Part shown: positions 25,462-38,001 of the stretch, in pieces
Position numbering within the stretch: the first letter of the stretch is position 1
Layout of the letters: each line of letters opens with the position of its first letter
Source: Selaginella moellendorffii
Lineage: Eukaryota > Plantae > Lycopodiophyta
Assembly (NCBI RefSeq): GCF_000143415.4
Contig: NW_003314277.1
Location: 2,282,633-2,346,632, forward strand
Direction of reading: 5' to 3'
Length of the DNA stretch: 64,000 bases
The notes under the pieces: model-generated
The model's input: only the letters and a program-made list of their open reading frames with translations
Told to the model about the DNA's origin: nothing
Databases searched by the model: none
Translations under genes and position numbers: made by a program

Positions 25462-26724
25462 TGTGAGTGCATGGAATATAGAAATGAAATACAAAAATGT
25501 GCATATTAATTAGCCTAAAAACCATAGCTTATATATAGAAGTTAATGGTTCGAATTAAAACCAAATTGACAACTACTAAAATCCCACTAAACTAATATTA
25601 ATATATAGCATTGTAGCCTACATTTGGACTTCACATCCATCATAGCAATACATTTAAACCTCATATCATCCCCTCCTCTCAGAATGATGGAAGATTGTCA
25701 AAGTTTTCTCATGGATGGGTCGAGATCTAAAAAAACATCAAGAGGAGACATTGGTAGATCTATGAGTGATGCCAATTTTCCTTGATCTCTTTGTATGAAG
25801 TGTTTTAGCCACTGCATATATATAATTTCTAGATAATTAACTTGCTAGACATCATGCCAAACCTTATAAACTTGCATTTCAACTTGCTATAACACTTAAT
25901 ACAGTCCTTTCCACTAAGCAAAGAGCCCTTTAGATAAACCATATATTATAAAATTAGGAAAACAGATTAACACTAAGTCATCCACTTTGCATTTTATAGA
26001 TGGACGATGATGGGAGTTGTAGTGCCGTTATTGTCCCACTTGTATACGGCATAGATGTTTGGTAGACTTTGCTCAAACAAGTGGAAGAATGCTTGTTAAA
26101 TACTGATCCCATGACTTAATATCAACAATTCATGGTAATTGCGAAGGTAAACCTAATTCCATTGGTAGTATTAGATCATGATCATATAAGAGTTTATATA
26201 GTGAAACATTAACAGAATTCTACCCCTTTATGACATATGCATAATAAAGAGATGGAAAATAACCATCTTAATCCAAATGCTGAAAGTTCATATACTTCAT
26301 GATCATCTTTTTAAAAGTTCAAAAAAACTATTTTACTAAACCGTTTAATTGTGTTTTTTAATTGTAACTACATAGTATCAAGTAATTGCACCAATTGGTG
26401 CTTCACAATCAACAGAGGAGGAGGCTACTGCTCTACCATAAAAATGAACAAAAAGGAAAGAGCAATAAAGAAGAAGGTGAGAAAAGCTATAAGAAAAAGA
26501 AGATTTAAATAATACAAGAGTTAAATTTAAACTAAAACCCCAAATCCTAGCACTCCTCAAAGATAATAAAATTGCCCTTCATCTCCACCAATGTTAGTGT
26601 ATAGAATATAGAAATGTGAATATTAATTAACTTAGCTTATATATAAAAGCAAGTGATCTGAATTAAAATCAATCTAACTACCAAGATCCCACTACACTAA
26701 TATGCTGTATACTTGGATCTCATA
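25462..26724 (-). mobile_element. Second, more deleted copy of the same short-LTR element family
   Basis: LTRs homologous to those of 21623-23473; PBS TGGTGGAGATGAAGGGCA (minus strand, ~26573-26590); PPT ~25667-25680; possible 4-bp TSD GTAT. Confidence 0.75.
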
Positions 26725-27832
26725 GTATTAGTGTTATAGTTTATATATCATTTTTATTTGTTAATCTATAATTTAAAGAGAGTTCTAACCTTTAAAAAAT
26801 AAACTTTAGAATTCCCAAATTAAATTTAATTTGGTGCCAAAACAAAACAATCAAGCTGCTTCCAACTTTACTCCTGCAGATCTTATGAAAGTACAATCCA
26901 CAATCTTACATGATGCTTTCTCATGATTTGTGACACAGACAAGCCACAAAAGAGACTATAAGAGACTATACCTGTGAAAAAAATTTCAACACCACCTTCA
27001 TTATACAGTAGACACTTTCATCACATTCACCTTGAGATTTTTGTGTTGTTTCCGTGACACTCAGTGCGTCCTCTCCTGCAATGCATGAATGAGCCTCAGG
27101 ATTGTCACAATCCCGTTGGTGAAGTACTTGAACAGTGACTAGACTTTGCTGATGAGTTTCAAGCTACCACCTTTCCTAGCTTGTGCAGTGCAGGGAAGAA
27201 AGACTATATCTCGAGCGAGATCCCTCTTCTTGTTCATGGAAAGGAGAGGATTTTCATTCAAATGAAAGCACCTAGAGTTTCATGTCATCCTCTCGTCCTC
27301 AACTCACAAAAAGAACTTAGAAGTGTCAGTTAAAGAATTTTAAATTTTAAACTGTTTTCACATGTGATTGGTTTCCTAGCCCCAGGAAAACACCAAATTC
27401 CATGGTGAGGATATAGTCTCGTGAAACTTATGCTTGTTGCTTATGCACAAGCTCAAAAAGCTCTCGAGGTCATTGCTCTCATGCCATGGACAAGATCACA
27501 CAGGCTCTAACTTCATGGGGCAGGGCAGCATGAAATCCTTCCAGCCGCTAAAAGAACAAGAACATGAAGATTATACAGAAAAGGTAATAGAAGATCTATA
27601 GATGAAACAAACAAGCGTAACAAAAATAATTAAATAAGAAGTGGATTGTCTGATTTTGATCAACGTGTTCCACAAAAACTGACAACATGAATCTACACAA
27701 GCTAAATTCTATGTGACACTGAATCCTAGTGATTGAAAGAAAAACAGTGCATTGCGGCCAAAGCATGAGATTTTCCAACAATTACTAATATTCTAAGAAT
27801 ATTCTCAAAACAGAAGAATGTAGAGGTTTTAA

Positions 27833-30784
27833 ATGCTAGAAAATTTAGGGCACTCTATCTTAGGGTTCTTGACAGGGGAAGAAATGCAAGCCCCAGTGCA
27901 GCCGAGGAGCGGCCGCTTGGATTTCCTCAACGCCAAGCCGCCGCCCAACTATGTGGCCGGATTGGGGCGCGGCGCCACCGGATTCACCACTCGATCCGAC
28001 ATCGGCCCCGCCAGGGCAGCGCCGGATCTCCCCGACAGGTCGGCCACCGCCATTGGCGGCGCTCCAGGGCCGGGCGGCGGCGCCGGGCGCGGCAGAGGCA
28101 AGGCGCCACCTCTTGGCGGAGGAGCGGCGGCAGCGGCGGCGGAAGACGACGACGACGATGCCGACGACAAGGGCTACGATGAGAACCAGAAATTCGATGA
28201 ATTCGAGGGCAACGATGTGGGGCTCTTCGCGACGGGTGAGTATGACGAGGACGACAAGGAGGCCGACCAGATATGGGAGAGCGTGGACAAGAGGATGGAT
28301 TCGCGGCGCAAGGACCGGCGGGAGGCGCGGCTCAAGCTGGTGATCGAGCAGTACCGAGCTTCCAATCCCAAGATCACGGAGCAGTTCGCGGACGTGAAGA
28401 GGACGCTGCTGGATCTTCCGGCGGAGGAGTGGGAAAACATCCCCGAGGTTGGCGACTACTCTTCCAGGAACAAGAAGAGGCGGTTTGAGAGCTTTGTGCC
28501 CGCGCCGGACACGCTGCTGGAAAAGGCTCGGCAGGAGAAGGAGCACGTCACTGCGCTGGATCCTCGCAGCCGCGCCGCCGCTGGAGTTGGCGGCGCTGCT
28601 ACTGCCGGCGGCGCGGAGACACCGTGGTCGCAGACGCCGGTGACGGATCTTACCGCGGTCGGGGAGGGGCGGGGGACTGTTCTGTCGCTCAAGCTGGATC
28701 GGCTGTCCGACTCGGTGAGTGGGCTCACGGTGGTGGATCCGAAAGGATACCTCACCGATCTCAAGAGTATGAAGATCACGAGCGACGCCGAGATCTCCGA
28801 TATCAAGAAGGCGAGGTTGCTGCTCAAGTCGGTGATCCAGACCAATCCAAAGCATGCTCCCGGGTGGATCGCGGCCGCGCGGCTGGAAGAGGTGGCGGGG
28901 AAGATCGCTGCTGCGAGGAGTTTCATCCAGAAGGGATGCGAGGAGTGTCCCAAGAACGAGGACGTCTGGCTCGAGGCCTGCCGGCTGGCCAGCGGCGATG
29001 CGGCCAAAAAAGTGATCGCCATGGCGGTGAAGTCCATCCCGACGTCCGTGAAGCTGTGGATGGCGGCTGCGCGGCTCGAGGTGGAAAACGCCGCCAAGAG
29101 CCGTGTTCTTCGCAAGGGACTCGAGTTTATACCCGACTCGGTCCGGCTGTGGAAGGCGGTGGTGGAGCTGGCGAACGAGGACGAAGCGAGGATCTTACTG
29201 GCTCGCGCTACCGAGTGCTGCCGTCTCCACGTCGAGCTCTGGCTAGCGCTTGCGCGGCTGGAAACTTACGACAAGGCGAGGGTGGTGCTCAACCGAGCTC
29301 GCGAGGCGCTGCCAACGGAGCCAACAATCTGGATCGCTGCGGCGAAGCTGGAGGAGGCACAGGGGAACGTTTCGCGCGTGGAAGGCATCATCGACCGCGC
29401 GATACGATCTCTCCAGCGGGTCGGGGTGGTGATCGACCGCGAGTTTTGGATGAAGGAGGCGGAGGCGGCGGAGAGGGCCGGGTCGGCGGCGACGTGCGTG
29501 GCGATCGTGAGGAGCACCATCGGGATCGGTGTGGAGGAGGAGGACAAGAAGCGGACGTGGGTGGCGGACGCGGACGAGTGCCGGAAGCGGGGCTCGATCG
29601 AGACGGCGAGAGCTATCTACGCTCATGCTCTGGCTGCGTTTCCCGGGAAGAAGAGCATCTGGGTGAAGGCGGCGCAGCTTGAAAAGAGCCACGGAACGAG
29701 AGAATCGCTCGACTCGCTGCTGAAGCGAGCGGTGGGGTACTGTCCACAAGCGGAGGTCCTGTGGCTCATGGGAGCCAAGGAGAAGTGGCTAGCCGGGGAC
29801 GTGGAGGGCGCTCGGGAGATCCTCACTGCCGCCTACGTCGCGATTCCAAACTCGGAGGAGATATGGCTGGCGGCGTTCAAGCTCGAGTTTGAGAACCGGG
29901 AGCCGGAGAGAGCCAAGATCCTCCTGGCCAAGGCCAGGGACCGCGGATGCTCGGAGAGGGTGTGGATGAAGTCGGCGATCGTGGAACGAGAGCTGGGAAA
30001 GGTGGCGGAGGAGAGGAAGCTGCTCGAGGACGGGCTCAAGCTCTACCCGAGCTTCCACAAGCTGTGGCTGATGCTCGGCCAGCTCGAGGAGAGAGTTGGC
30101 AACTTTGAGGCGGCGAGGAGCGTGTACGAGAGAGCGCTGGAGAAATGCCCGGCTAGTACTCCGCTGTGGCTCTCGGCTGCGCAGCTGGAAGAGAAAGTCG
30201 GGGGGATCAGCAGGGCAAGAGCGATGCTGACGACGGCGAGGCTCAAGAACAGGGAGAACCCGGAGCTGTGGCTGGCGGCGATCCGGGCGGAGACGAGGGC
30301 CGGGAACTGGAAGGAGGCGGACGCGCTCATGGCGAAGGCGCTCCAGGAGTGCCGGCAGAGCGGGCTGCTGTGGGCCGCGAATGTGGAGATGGTGCCGCGG
30401 GCGCAGAGGAAGACCAAGAGCTTCGACGCGATCAAGAACAGCGAGCAGGATCCATACGTGATCGCGGCGGTGGGGAAGTTTTTCTGGCAGGACAGGAAGG
30501 TGGAGAAGGCGAGGAACTGGATGAACAGGGCGGTGACGTTTGCTCCGGACGTGGGGGATTTCTGGGCGCTGCTGTACAAGTTTGAGCAGCAGCACGGGAG
30601 CGAGGCGCAGCTCCAGGAGGTGGTGGAGAGGTGCAAGGCGGCGGAGCCCAAGCACGGGGAGAGGTGGATCCGGGTGTCCAAGGCGGTGGAGAATGCGCAC
30701 CAGACGACGGAGTTTATATTGAAGAAGGTGGTGGCGGGGTTTGGGAAGGACGAGGGGATTGTCATGACGGCTTGCAGGCCCTAG
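27833..30784 (+). CDS. STA1: Pre-mRNA splicing factor PRP6 / STABILIZED1 (U5 snRNP 102 kDa, HAT repeats), intronless and GC-rich; real start may be ATG 27884
   Basis: PPPNYVAGLGRGATGFTTRSDIGPAR, DPKGYLTDL, DIKKARLLLKSV, multiple HAT repeats and EPKHGERW. Confidence 0.95.
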   Translation: MLENLGHSILGFLTGEEMQAPVQPRSGRLDFLNAKPPPNYVAGLGRGATGFTTRSDIGPARAAPDLPDRSATAIGGAPGPGGGAGRGRGKAPPLGGGAAAAAAEDDDDDADDKGYDENQKFDEFEGNDVGLFATGEYDEDDKEADQIWESVDKRMDSRRKDRREARLKLVIEQYRASNPKITEQFADVKRTLLDLPAEEWENIPEVGDYSSRNKKRRFESFVPAPDTLLEKARQEKEHVTALDPRSRAAAGVGGAATAGGAETPWSQTPVTDLTAVGEGRGTVLSLKLDRLSDSVSGLTVVDPKGYLTDLKSMKITSDAEISDIKKARLLLKSVIQTNPKHAPGWIAAARLEEVAGKIAAARSFIQKGCEECPKNEDVWLEACRLASGDAAKKVIAMAVKSIPTSVKLWMAAARLEVENAAKSRVLRKGLEFIPDSVRLWKAVVELANEDEARILLARATECCRLHVELWLALARLETYDKARVVLNRAREALPTEPTIWIAAAKLEEAQGNVSRVEGIIDRAIRSLQRVGVVIDREFWMKEAEAAERAGSAATCVAIVRSTIGIGVEEEDKKRTWVADADECRKRGSIETARAIYAHALAAFPGKKSIWVKAAQLEKSHGTRESLDSLLKRAVGYCPQAEVLWLMGAKEKWLAGDVEGAREILTAAYVAIPNSEEIWLAAFKLEFENREPERAKILLAKARDRGCSERVWMKSAIVERELGKVAEERKLLEDGLKLYPSFHKLWLMLGQLEERVGNFEAARSVYERALEKCPASTPLWLSAAQLEEKVGGISRARAMLTTARLKNRENPELWLAAIRAETRAGNWKEADALMAKALQECRQSGLLWAANVEMVPRAQRKTKSFDAIKNSEQDPYVIAAVGKFFWQDRKVEKARNWMNRAVTFAPDVGDFWALLYKFEQQHGSEAQLQEVVERCKAAEPKHGERWIRVSKAVENAHQTTEFILKKVVAGFGKDEGIVMTACRP

Positions 30785-30839
30785 GTGTGTTCTTGTAAAT
30801 TCTTTTTGGTTGTAATTTTATCAAGTACTTTGCCTATTT

Positions 30840-30920
30840 TGTCAGGAATGGGATTCGAACCCATGCCCTTGCGGACTAGTACCTGAAACTAGCTCCTTAG
30901 ACCAGCTCGGCCATCCTGAC
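30840..30920 (-). tRNA. tRNA-Leu(CAG)
   Basis: Minus strand reads GTCAGGATGGCCGAGCTGGTCTAAGGAGCTAGTTTCAGGTACTAGTCCGCAAGGGCATGGGTTCGAATCCCATTCCTGACA. It has A and B boxes, a long variable arm and anticodon CAG. Confidence 0.92.
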
Positions 30921-31069
30921 TTAGTAGTCATTGATTATTAAACATATTTTAGCAGTAAGAGAAATGACCCCCAACCCAACACGTTATGCAACTAGATACT
31001 CATAAAAACATCTCAAAAGAAGATAAAGCATTCTGCATAATTTATCCAGTGTAGGTTGGTTACAGGAGA

Positions 31070-31455
31070 TTTGTTATTTCTGTTTCAATACATACAATAT
31101 GTGATAAACAATTTGATTATTGCATATGGATCAAGAATTATATGTGTATTTACATTTGATTGTAAATTTGATAATTTATTATTAAAAGTATTTGTGTTTC
31201 TGTCTTTTGGTTTTTGTTTATAATTGTTTTTGTATTTATTAATGTGGATTTTATTGTAGTTTTATATTGCTCATATGTTATTCATATTATTGTTAAATAT
31301 TCATCAAACTCTAAATTTTCTAGATTTACAGTTTTATCTTCTAGTATTGTTTTTATTTTTTTGTAAATTATTACATAAGAATTTTTTTCATGTTTTGTAA
31401 TGACTTTGATAGGGTCTAAGATTTTTATTTGTGGCATTGGAGGGATTGGGTGATA
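31070..31455 (-). mobile_element. Helentron-like Rep fragment
   Basis: HPIPPMPQIKILDP and SNVNTHIILDPYA resemble the Helentron Rep motifs FPxPPM..IL.P and NMDIQF.LDPYA. Heavily decayed. Confidence 0.5.
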
Positions 31456-31789
31456 TACCTTCCACTAATTTAGTGAATACTACTAAAGCTCATATTATTA
31501 ACCATGTAGTTGTACTCATTGCTACATCATTTGTCCAGCTAATATGAGAATATTCAAGATTCACTCAAAGCACCATGTTTGAGTTTATAAGACTTGTTGG
31601 AAAGATGTGTTTTTGGTTCATTGGCAAAAGAATAGTATTCCATATGCTCATGCAATTGCAACTATCATATTTCATAGGGAATGAGTGCAATCCTACACTC
31701 ATCCTTACTACTTACACAAGGCTTATTGTGGGGTATATATAAGTGTTATATATCCCTTTAATTTAAAGGGCTTTTGCAAGGATAATATT

Positions 31790-33000
31790 ATAGCATACAT
31801 GGTTTTCACTTTTTACTCTATGATGTTTACCATAGAATAACCATGAAATGGAACTTTAACCCTTGGACACATGGGCCAATGGCAGCAAGGTAGAACTTAA
31901 ATTCAGAGCCTTGGGCCACTGAATGAAGAGATGGAGCTAAATTCCTAAGCATATACTAAGGAGTATAAGAAACTAGAGCACAAAACATCTCCCAATCATA
32001 TAGGTTAAGGAGCAAAGGGATAGGAGTCTGGAGTGATTCCTGAGTGTATAGCTTAAGGAGCGAAGGACATGATCATGGAGTGATGTTAGAGTAGTCCTAG
32101 AGCATCTAGCATCATAATACTAAGACTAATATGCAAAACAGAGTCAAACAAAGTCTAGTGCTATTTTAGTATACCAATAACCTAATGCAAGGATATAAGT
32201 ACTACAAAGATAGACACACAAATAGGAGCTAGACTATGCCTCAAGTTAACTTATTCATTATCCTTAGTATACATTTGAAACCCCCCATAAATAAGCGCTA
32301 GACTATGCCTTAGGTTAGCCATGCCTAACTTATTCACTATCCTTACTATACATTTGAAACCCCCCATAAATGGGAGCTAGACTGGTTAGCCATGTTTGAC
32401 TTATTCACTATCCCTATTATACATTTGGAGAACGAGAATGAAAGATATTGGTCATGAAAAGAGGGCTTTCCATTATGAATGATGTTATCAAATTGGCATA
32501 GCTATCATGAATGTGACTACAGGTATCAAAAATTATATGTTAGTGAGTCCTTTAAGATATTCTTCTTTTACTATTACAATAGCAAAAGATTAATATTACT
32601 AGTTCCCTTTATCAATCTTTGCCCAAGCTAGTTGAGAAACTAGTTACCACATGTCTACTAGCACTAAGGAAATAGATTTTAAATTATCATTTAATCAAGT
32701 AATTTTGACACAATGATGAGAAATTGTTAGCTTACACTTATTAGTGTTGGGGAATATTGAGCTTAATCCTTCAATATTTGCTAAATGATATCTTATCATG
32801 TCCACTAAGACTCCCTCACTATCATACCCCATGTGTTAGTTTTGTTTGATCCTATTATTATTTATGGAAAATGTCTAAATTTGCTGATGAGGCATATTTA
32901 TAGAATGTAGAGATTGTTCTAAACATAATAATGTTATCCTTGCTGTTAAGGGAAAAAAGAAAACTCTAAATTTCATTTCTCCATGGTAAGACTTTAAATG
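31790..33000. mobile_element. Old LTR remnants related to the LTRs at 49607-58156, including a ~70-bp unit repeated three times (32220-32430)
   Basis: 31790-32250 matches 49607-49758 joined to 57130-57480. 32505-32930 matches the reverse-orientation LTR at 57518-57990. Confidence 0.7.
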
Positions 33001-33699
33001 ATTTTCTCCATGAGTTATGCCTTGTACTCTACTGGGTGTTCTCTAGGATCCATTGGTTAATCACTAAGTATTGTCCACTCATGAAATCTTTGCCATACGC
33101 TTCTTTAGAGGGATTTTGTGGAATATTGTAAAATTAGAAGATAAACCTTAGACTAGAATCACTCCATCCATACTCTAATGCCTCATATTTTATGTTTTAT
33201 TGTTGATATCATAGAATATTAGTGTATTGAAGGTGGTAGATTTAAATGACCATTGTTGAATGCATATGTTGTACAAGAAAAAAAATTTAAATGGTGGCAG
33301 AAATTTTTGTAAGGTTGGAGGGTATACTTAAATGTAGAAGGTATATAACAAATCATTTTATAAAGGTGGTGGAAAATAAGTTTTAGATAGAGTAAAATGG
33401 ATGGATAATAGGACAAATATAAGATATAAAAATAAGAGAGTAGTTGTGAAAGGATTTGGTTTAACTTCAAATATCAGGTCATAGAGAAAAGGTGGTTATA
33501 GAATAGTAAAGTGGTAAGGGTAGAGGTATAGAGGAATGGTTTTGTATATACATATCTTGTACATATATATACCTCAACTTTGAGTATGGCATTTTTTGTT
33601 GAAAATTTTTCTTGTCACATAATCCCATCCAAACAAGCCCTTTGGTTATAAGCCATGCAAGTTGTTTACAACCCAATGGTAGTGTTGTTTTATAGTTGA

Positions 33700-36600
33700 A
33701 CATGGAACATTTTCAGTCTATATCCATTTAATTGGGTGTCATATTGTTCTCTATCAAAATCTGCTAGCAAGTATAATCCATTATTGTGATCTGATATGGG
33801 CCACCCTATCGCGGAAGAAACTTTTTTGTGAATGTTTTATCAATCCTGCTATCATACTTCATAACTAAATCACTAACTTGAAAAGCCTTTACACATTTCT
33901 TATCAAATTTGTGCTTTTGTTGCTACTAAACTGCTTCCATATGTTGACAAGCTTGACATTGATTCTTATCCATCCCCTTAAGTTGAATGAGCTTTAATTG
34001 CAAGTCCTCATTATCAATGCTTCAACATTAGTTGTAAAATTAGGATCTCCAACTCAATTAGAAATATAACTTCTATCCCATAAACTAGCTAGAAAAGAGT
34101 GAAGTTGTTGTTACCTTATGTGTAGTTTTATAAATTTATAATACTGTCATCAGTCATTTGTCCCAATTTTTCTTCTTCTCAATAGTTAGTTTTCCTAGAA
34201 TGTTGCACAATACATTATTTATTCCCTCCACCAACTTGTTAGCTTGTGGATAGTATGATATTGACTGTCAATATTTTATTGATAGCTTTTTCATTAGTGT
34301 TTTAACCACCTCATTGCAAATTGGTCAGTGACAATCTCTAACAAGCAACCAAACCTTGTGCATATAATTTGGACAAGAAAATTTACCAAAAAACTTCTTT
34401 TGTGTTAGTTTTAGTTGTTACTACTTCAGCCCACTCAGTAAGGTAGTCTATTGCCACCAAAATAAATATTTTTTAACTTAATGCCATCAGAACTGATCCT
34501 ATAAAATCTATCCTCCATTTCTCAAATGGTTATGTCGACAAAATTGGATGAAGACTTCATGGTTGAAGGATTCTTCTTTCAAAAGCTTGACAAATGTGAT
34601 ATGACTTGCACCATTCCTTCACATCCTAGAATATTGTTGGTCAGAAAATATCCTACATTCACAATCTTCTTGGCCATATAATTATGGAAGAATTGTCCAA
34701 TGTTGTTTCATCTAATTCAATAAAGTTGATCACTTGTTAGTGAAACGAATAGGAGTGTGAACCCTAGGCCAACCTCCCAAACCTTAAGGCGTTACGGCCT
34801 TAAATCCCACAGGCCATGGAATATTCTTGGAATATTCCTGTGGTTCATGTCATTCTCCCCTCCCTCATGACCCAGCTACATACGGCAGCCTCGAGAAGCT
34901 AAACAAGCCTCACATGAAGGGAGTCCAAGGCAATACAGCCATAGAGGAAAGATGTGCAAACGGCAACATCAACATCGCGACAAACGGCCACGAAAGAAAG
35001 AAAGCAATATGGCTTTCTCACATGACAATACGGTCATGGAAACAAGAGAATGAGAATAGAACAAACAACTCAAATCACATAGTAATATGGCTATAGAACT
35101 CAATTCTCCCCTTCTTCAGGAATGTCATCCAAGTCATAACCAAAACTCGGAAACACTCTCTTCATGTTATCCTCAGTTTCCCATGTAGCTTCGTCCATGG
35201 AATAACCATTCCACTGAACTAACAACTCCCTAGTTGTCTTTTTGCATGTTTTCACCAATCTTTGAGCAAGAATATTGGCCAGACTAGCTTTCTCTGCATC
35301 AATCTCTGGAACCTGGATGATGGACTGATTCATGATATCACTAGAGTGCAAACACACTTTAAGCTTGCTCACATGGAATATTTGATGAATCTTCAAACTA
35401 ACTAGCAAGTCCAAAGTGTATGCAAGATCCCCCACACGCTATAAAATTGTCCAAGGCCCACAATACTGTGGAGACAACTTAGCATTGCCACTTCCTTTTA
35501 GAGATTGTTGTGCATCCGACAACTTAAGGAAAACTTTGTCACCAACTTTGTACTCTTGATGACAACGATGCTCATTAGCCAATCTTTTGTCTCGCTCTTG
35601 AGCTTGCGTCATGTTCAATTTTGCCAACTCAAGCTTGTCTTGCATATCCTCTAGGAAATCACAAGCATGAGGAACCCGAACTAAAGCCAAATTTAAACTC
35701 ATAGGAGACCTAGGCTCATAGCCATACATCGCCATAAAGGGAGACATGCCAATAGCCAATTGATGAGCGCTATTGTGAGCAAACTAAAGCAAAGGCAAGT
35801 ACTTCTCCCATACTCTCTGTCAAGTCAAATTTCCCACAAAAGACCTTAGCATATCTTCTAATAGCTGATTCATGCGCTCTGTCTACCCATCAGATTGTGG
35901 ATGCTCACCACTACTCATGCTCAGCTTAGTCTCTAGCTTCTCAAAAACTGTTTGCCAAAATTTGGATGTAAACTTGGGATCCCGATCACTCACAATGTCA
36001 CTCGGCAAACTAAATAACCAGTCTACAAACAACTAAGCAAGTTCATAAGCTTTTATCGTCATTTTCATAGGGAAGAAGTGAGCCATCTTCGTCAAACGAT
36101 CCACAACAACCCAAATAACATCATTTTCTTGAAAGGTTTTGGGCAAACCAGTGATAAAGTCCATCGAGATGTTATCCCACTTATTCTCGAGTACATATAA
36201 AAGATGATAGAGGCTAGCAAACTTCTGATGATCAACTTTGACTGCTTGGTAGGTCAAACAACCACGTATGTACTTCTCAACATCTGACTTCATCCCAGGC
36301 CAAAAAAAATGCCTCTTCACCAACATATATGTTCTCAATACCCCCGGATGCCTAACACTTGGCACATCATGACACTTAACCAAAATCCATTTGATGAGTT
36401 TGTCAACACGAGGAACCACTAAACATCCCTTCTTCACTAGAATTCCATCTCGTATTTTGAATAACGCAAACTTGTCACCCTTCAAATCTGTAAAGGCGTC
36501 CCTCAACAAAACCTTCGCGCGAATATTAGTGATAAAGGAGTCGAAGTCAACAAACTCCTTAAGCTCATCCAAGAAATCATTGGATAGCTTCACAAATGAG

Positions 36601-37690
36601 ATAGAATTTACCATCCTAGATAATGCATCAGCCATCTTATTGTCATCTCCATGCTTGTACCGGATCTTAACAAACATTTCCTATAAGAACTCTTGCCAAC
36701 GAGCAAAGTAGCCTCGAAAATCCACATTTGGAGAGACTAATGATCTAAATCTACATAGAAGTCCGATCCATAATGTTGCCATTCTTGAGTAGGTCAATTC
36801 CACTGTGTGGTATCAAACTTGTAGCTCATGAATGCGAGAGAATGCCTAACTTGAAGCAATACAGCCCCAAAAGCACTATCACTCACATCATTGCCTATAA
36901 TTTCCACCACAATCATTATATCGTTTCCACCACAATTTCTCTGGATTTAGGCAACCTTTTGACATCTAGCCTTTCAAATGCTATTTGTACTTTTTCCAGA
37001 TGAGTTGCTCAATTGTTGTATATACAAAAGTCATCAAGGTACACTCTGATAAATTTGCCAAGGTAGGGGTCAAAGATTTTGTTTATCAGTCATTGAATGT
37101 TGTTGGTGCATTTGTGAGCCTAAATGGCATCACTCTATATGCAAAAGTTCCTTAAGGAGTGGTGAATGTTGTTTTCAATTGATTCTCCTCCTTGATTTGA
37201 ACTTGAAAATATCTAGAGTATCATCACAAAATGTGTACCACTCATGCTTTGGTACTTCATCAAAGATCTCATTCATGAATGGGATGGGATGATAATCACG
37301 TTGTATAACATCATTCAACTTTTTATAGTTGATACATACTCTCCATTTCCTTCCTTGCTTTAGTGCAACAAATGACACCCAATCTGAATTCTCCACTTCA
37401 AATATGAAGTTAGCTTTGATCAACTTCATTGACAATATTAAATTTTAGAGGTCCTAACCTGTATAGCTTTTGAGCCACTAGCTTTGCTCCTTGCTTGATT
37501 AGAATCTCATGTTCCACTATATCCATTTGCCGTAGCTCCTCATAAGAGTTTATGAAAAGCTTTGGGAACTTCTTCAACATCACTATATAGCTTTTATGTT
37601 CACTCCTAGAAAGCTCTACTCCTGCAAGCATCTTTTCTAACTGAGCATAAGAGCTGTGTTTGTCTATATTTTCCTGCAAAAAGTGATCTC
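33700..37690 (-). mobile_element. Degenerate non-chromovirus Ty3 pol (RT ~36990-37690, IN ~33700-34730), interrupted by a chromovirus fragment
   Basis: WRVCINYKKLNDVIQRDYHPIPF, VYLDDF and FEKWRIDFIG..LVAIDYLTEWAE. Confidence 0.75.
34735..36720 (-). mobile_element. Chromovirus fragment (integrase, chromodomain, PPT and probable 3' LTR 34735-35102)
   Basis: MADALSR, CHD..HPG, WDNISMDFITGLP, VVVDRLTKMAHF, FHVSKLK and LVQWNGYSMDEATWE; PPT TTCTCCCCTT at ~35104. Confidence 0.82.
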
Positions 37691-38001
37691 CTTTCTCAAT
37701 GCTAGAAAAAAATTCTACGTTGACAAGAATATTTTAAGAATCTTCTGGCATACTAAGGAATATTCTGTCAAGATTTTAGTGGCAATATTTTTCTTAAATA
37801 GGTATTTTAAAAAAATTATTAATTTTAATAATATTTAGTAAACTACCAGTATCTAATCTTAGGTGCTATTTAATTGAGGTTTTACCTTATCAACTTGTAT
37901 TTTAATATTTGAATAATTAGTATTTATAAATACTAATTCAATCTTGTTAAAGTCTGTACTCTAGATTATCCTCAGAATATTCTATTTAGGGCAAGGTTGC
38001 A

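Noticed and set aside
27860-30765. Many long alternative-frame and antisense ORFs over STA1
   Set aside because: These are shadow ORFs caused by high GC3; they carry no recognisable motifs.
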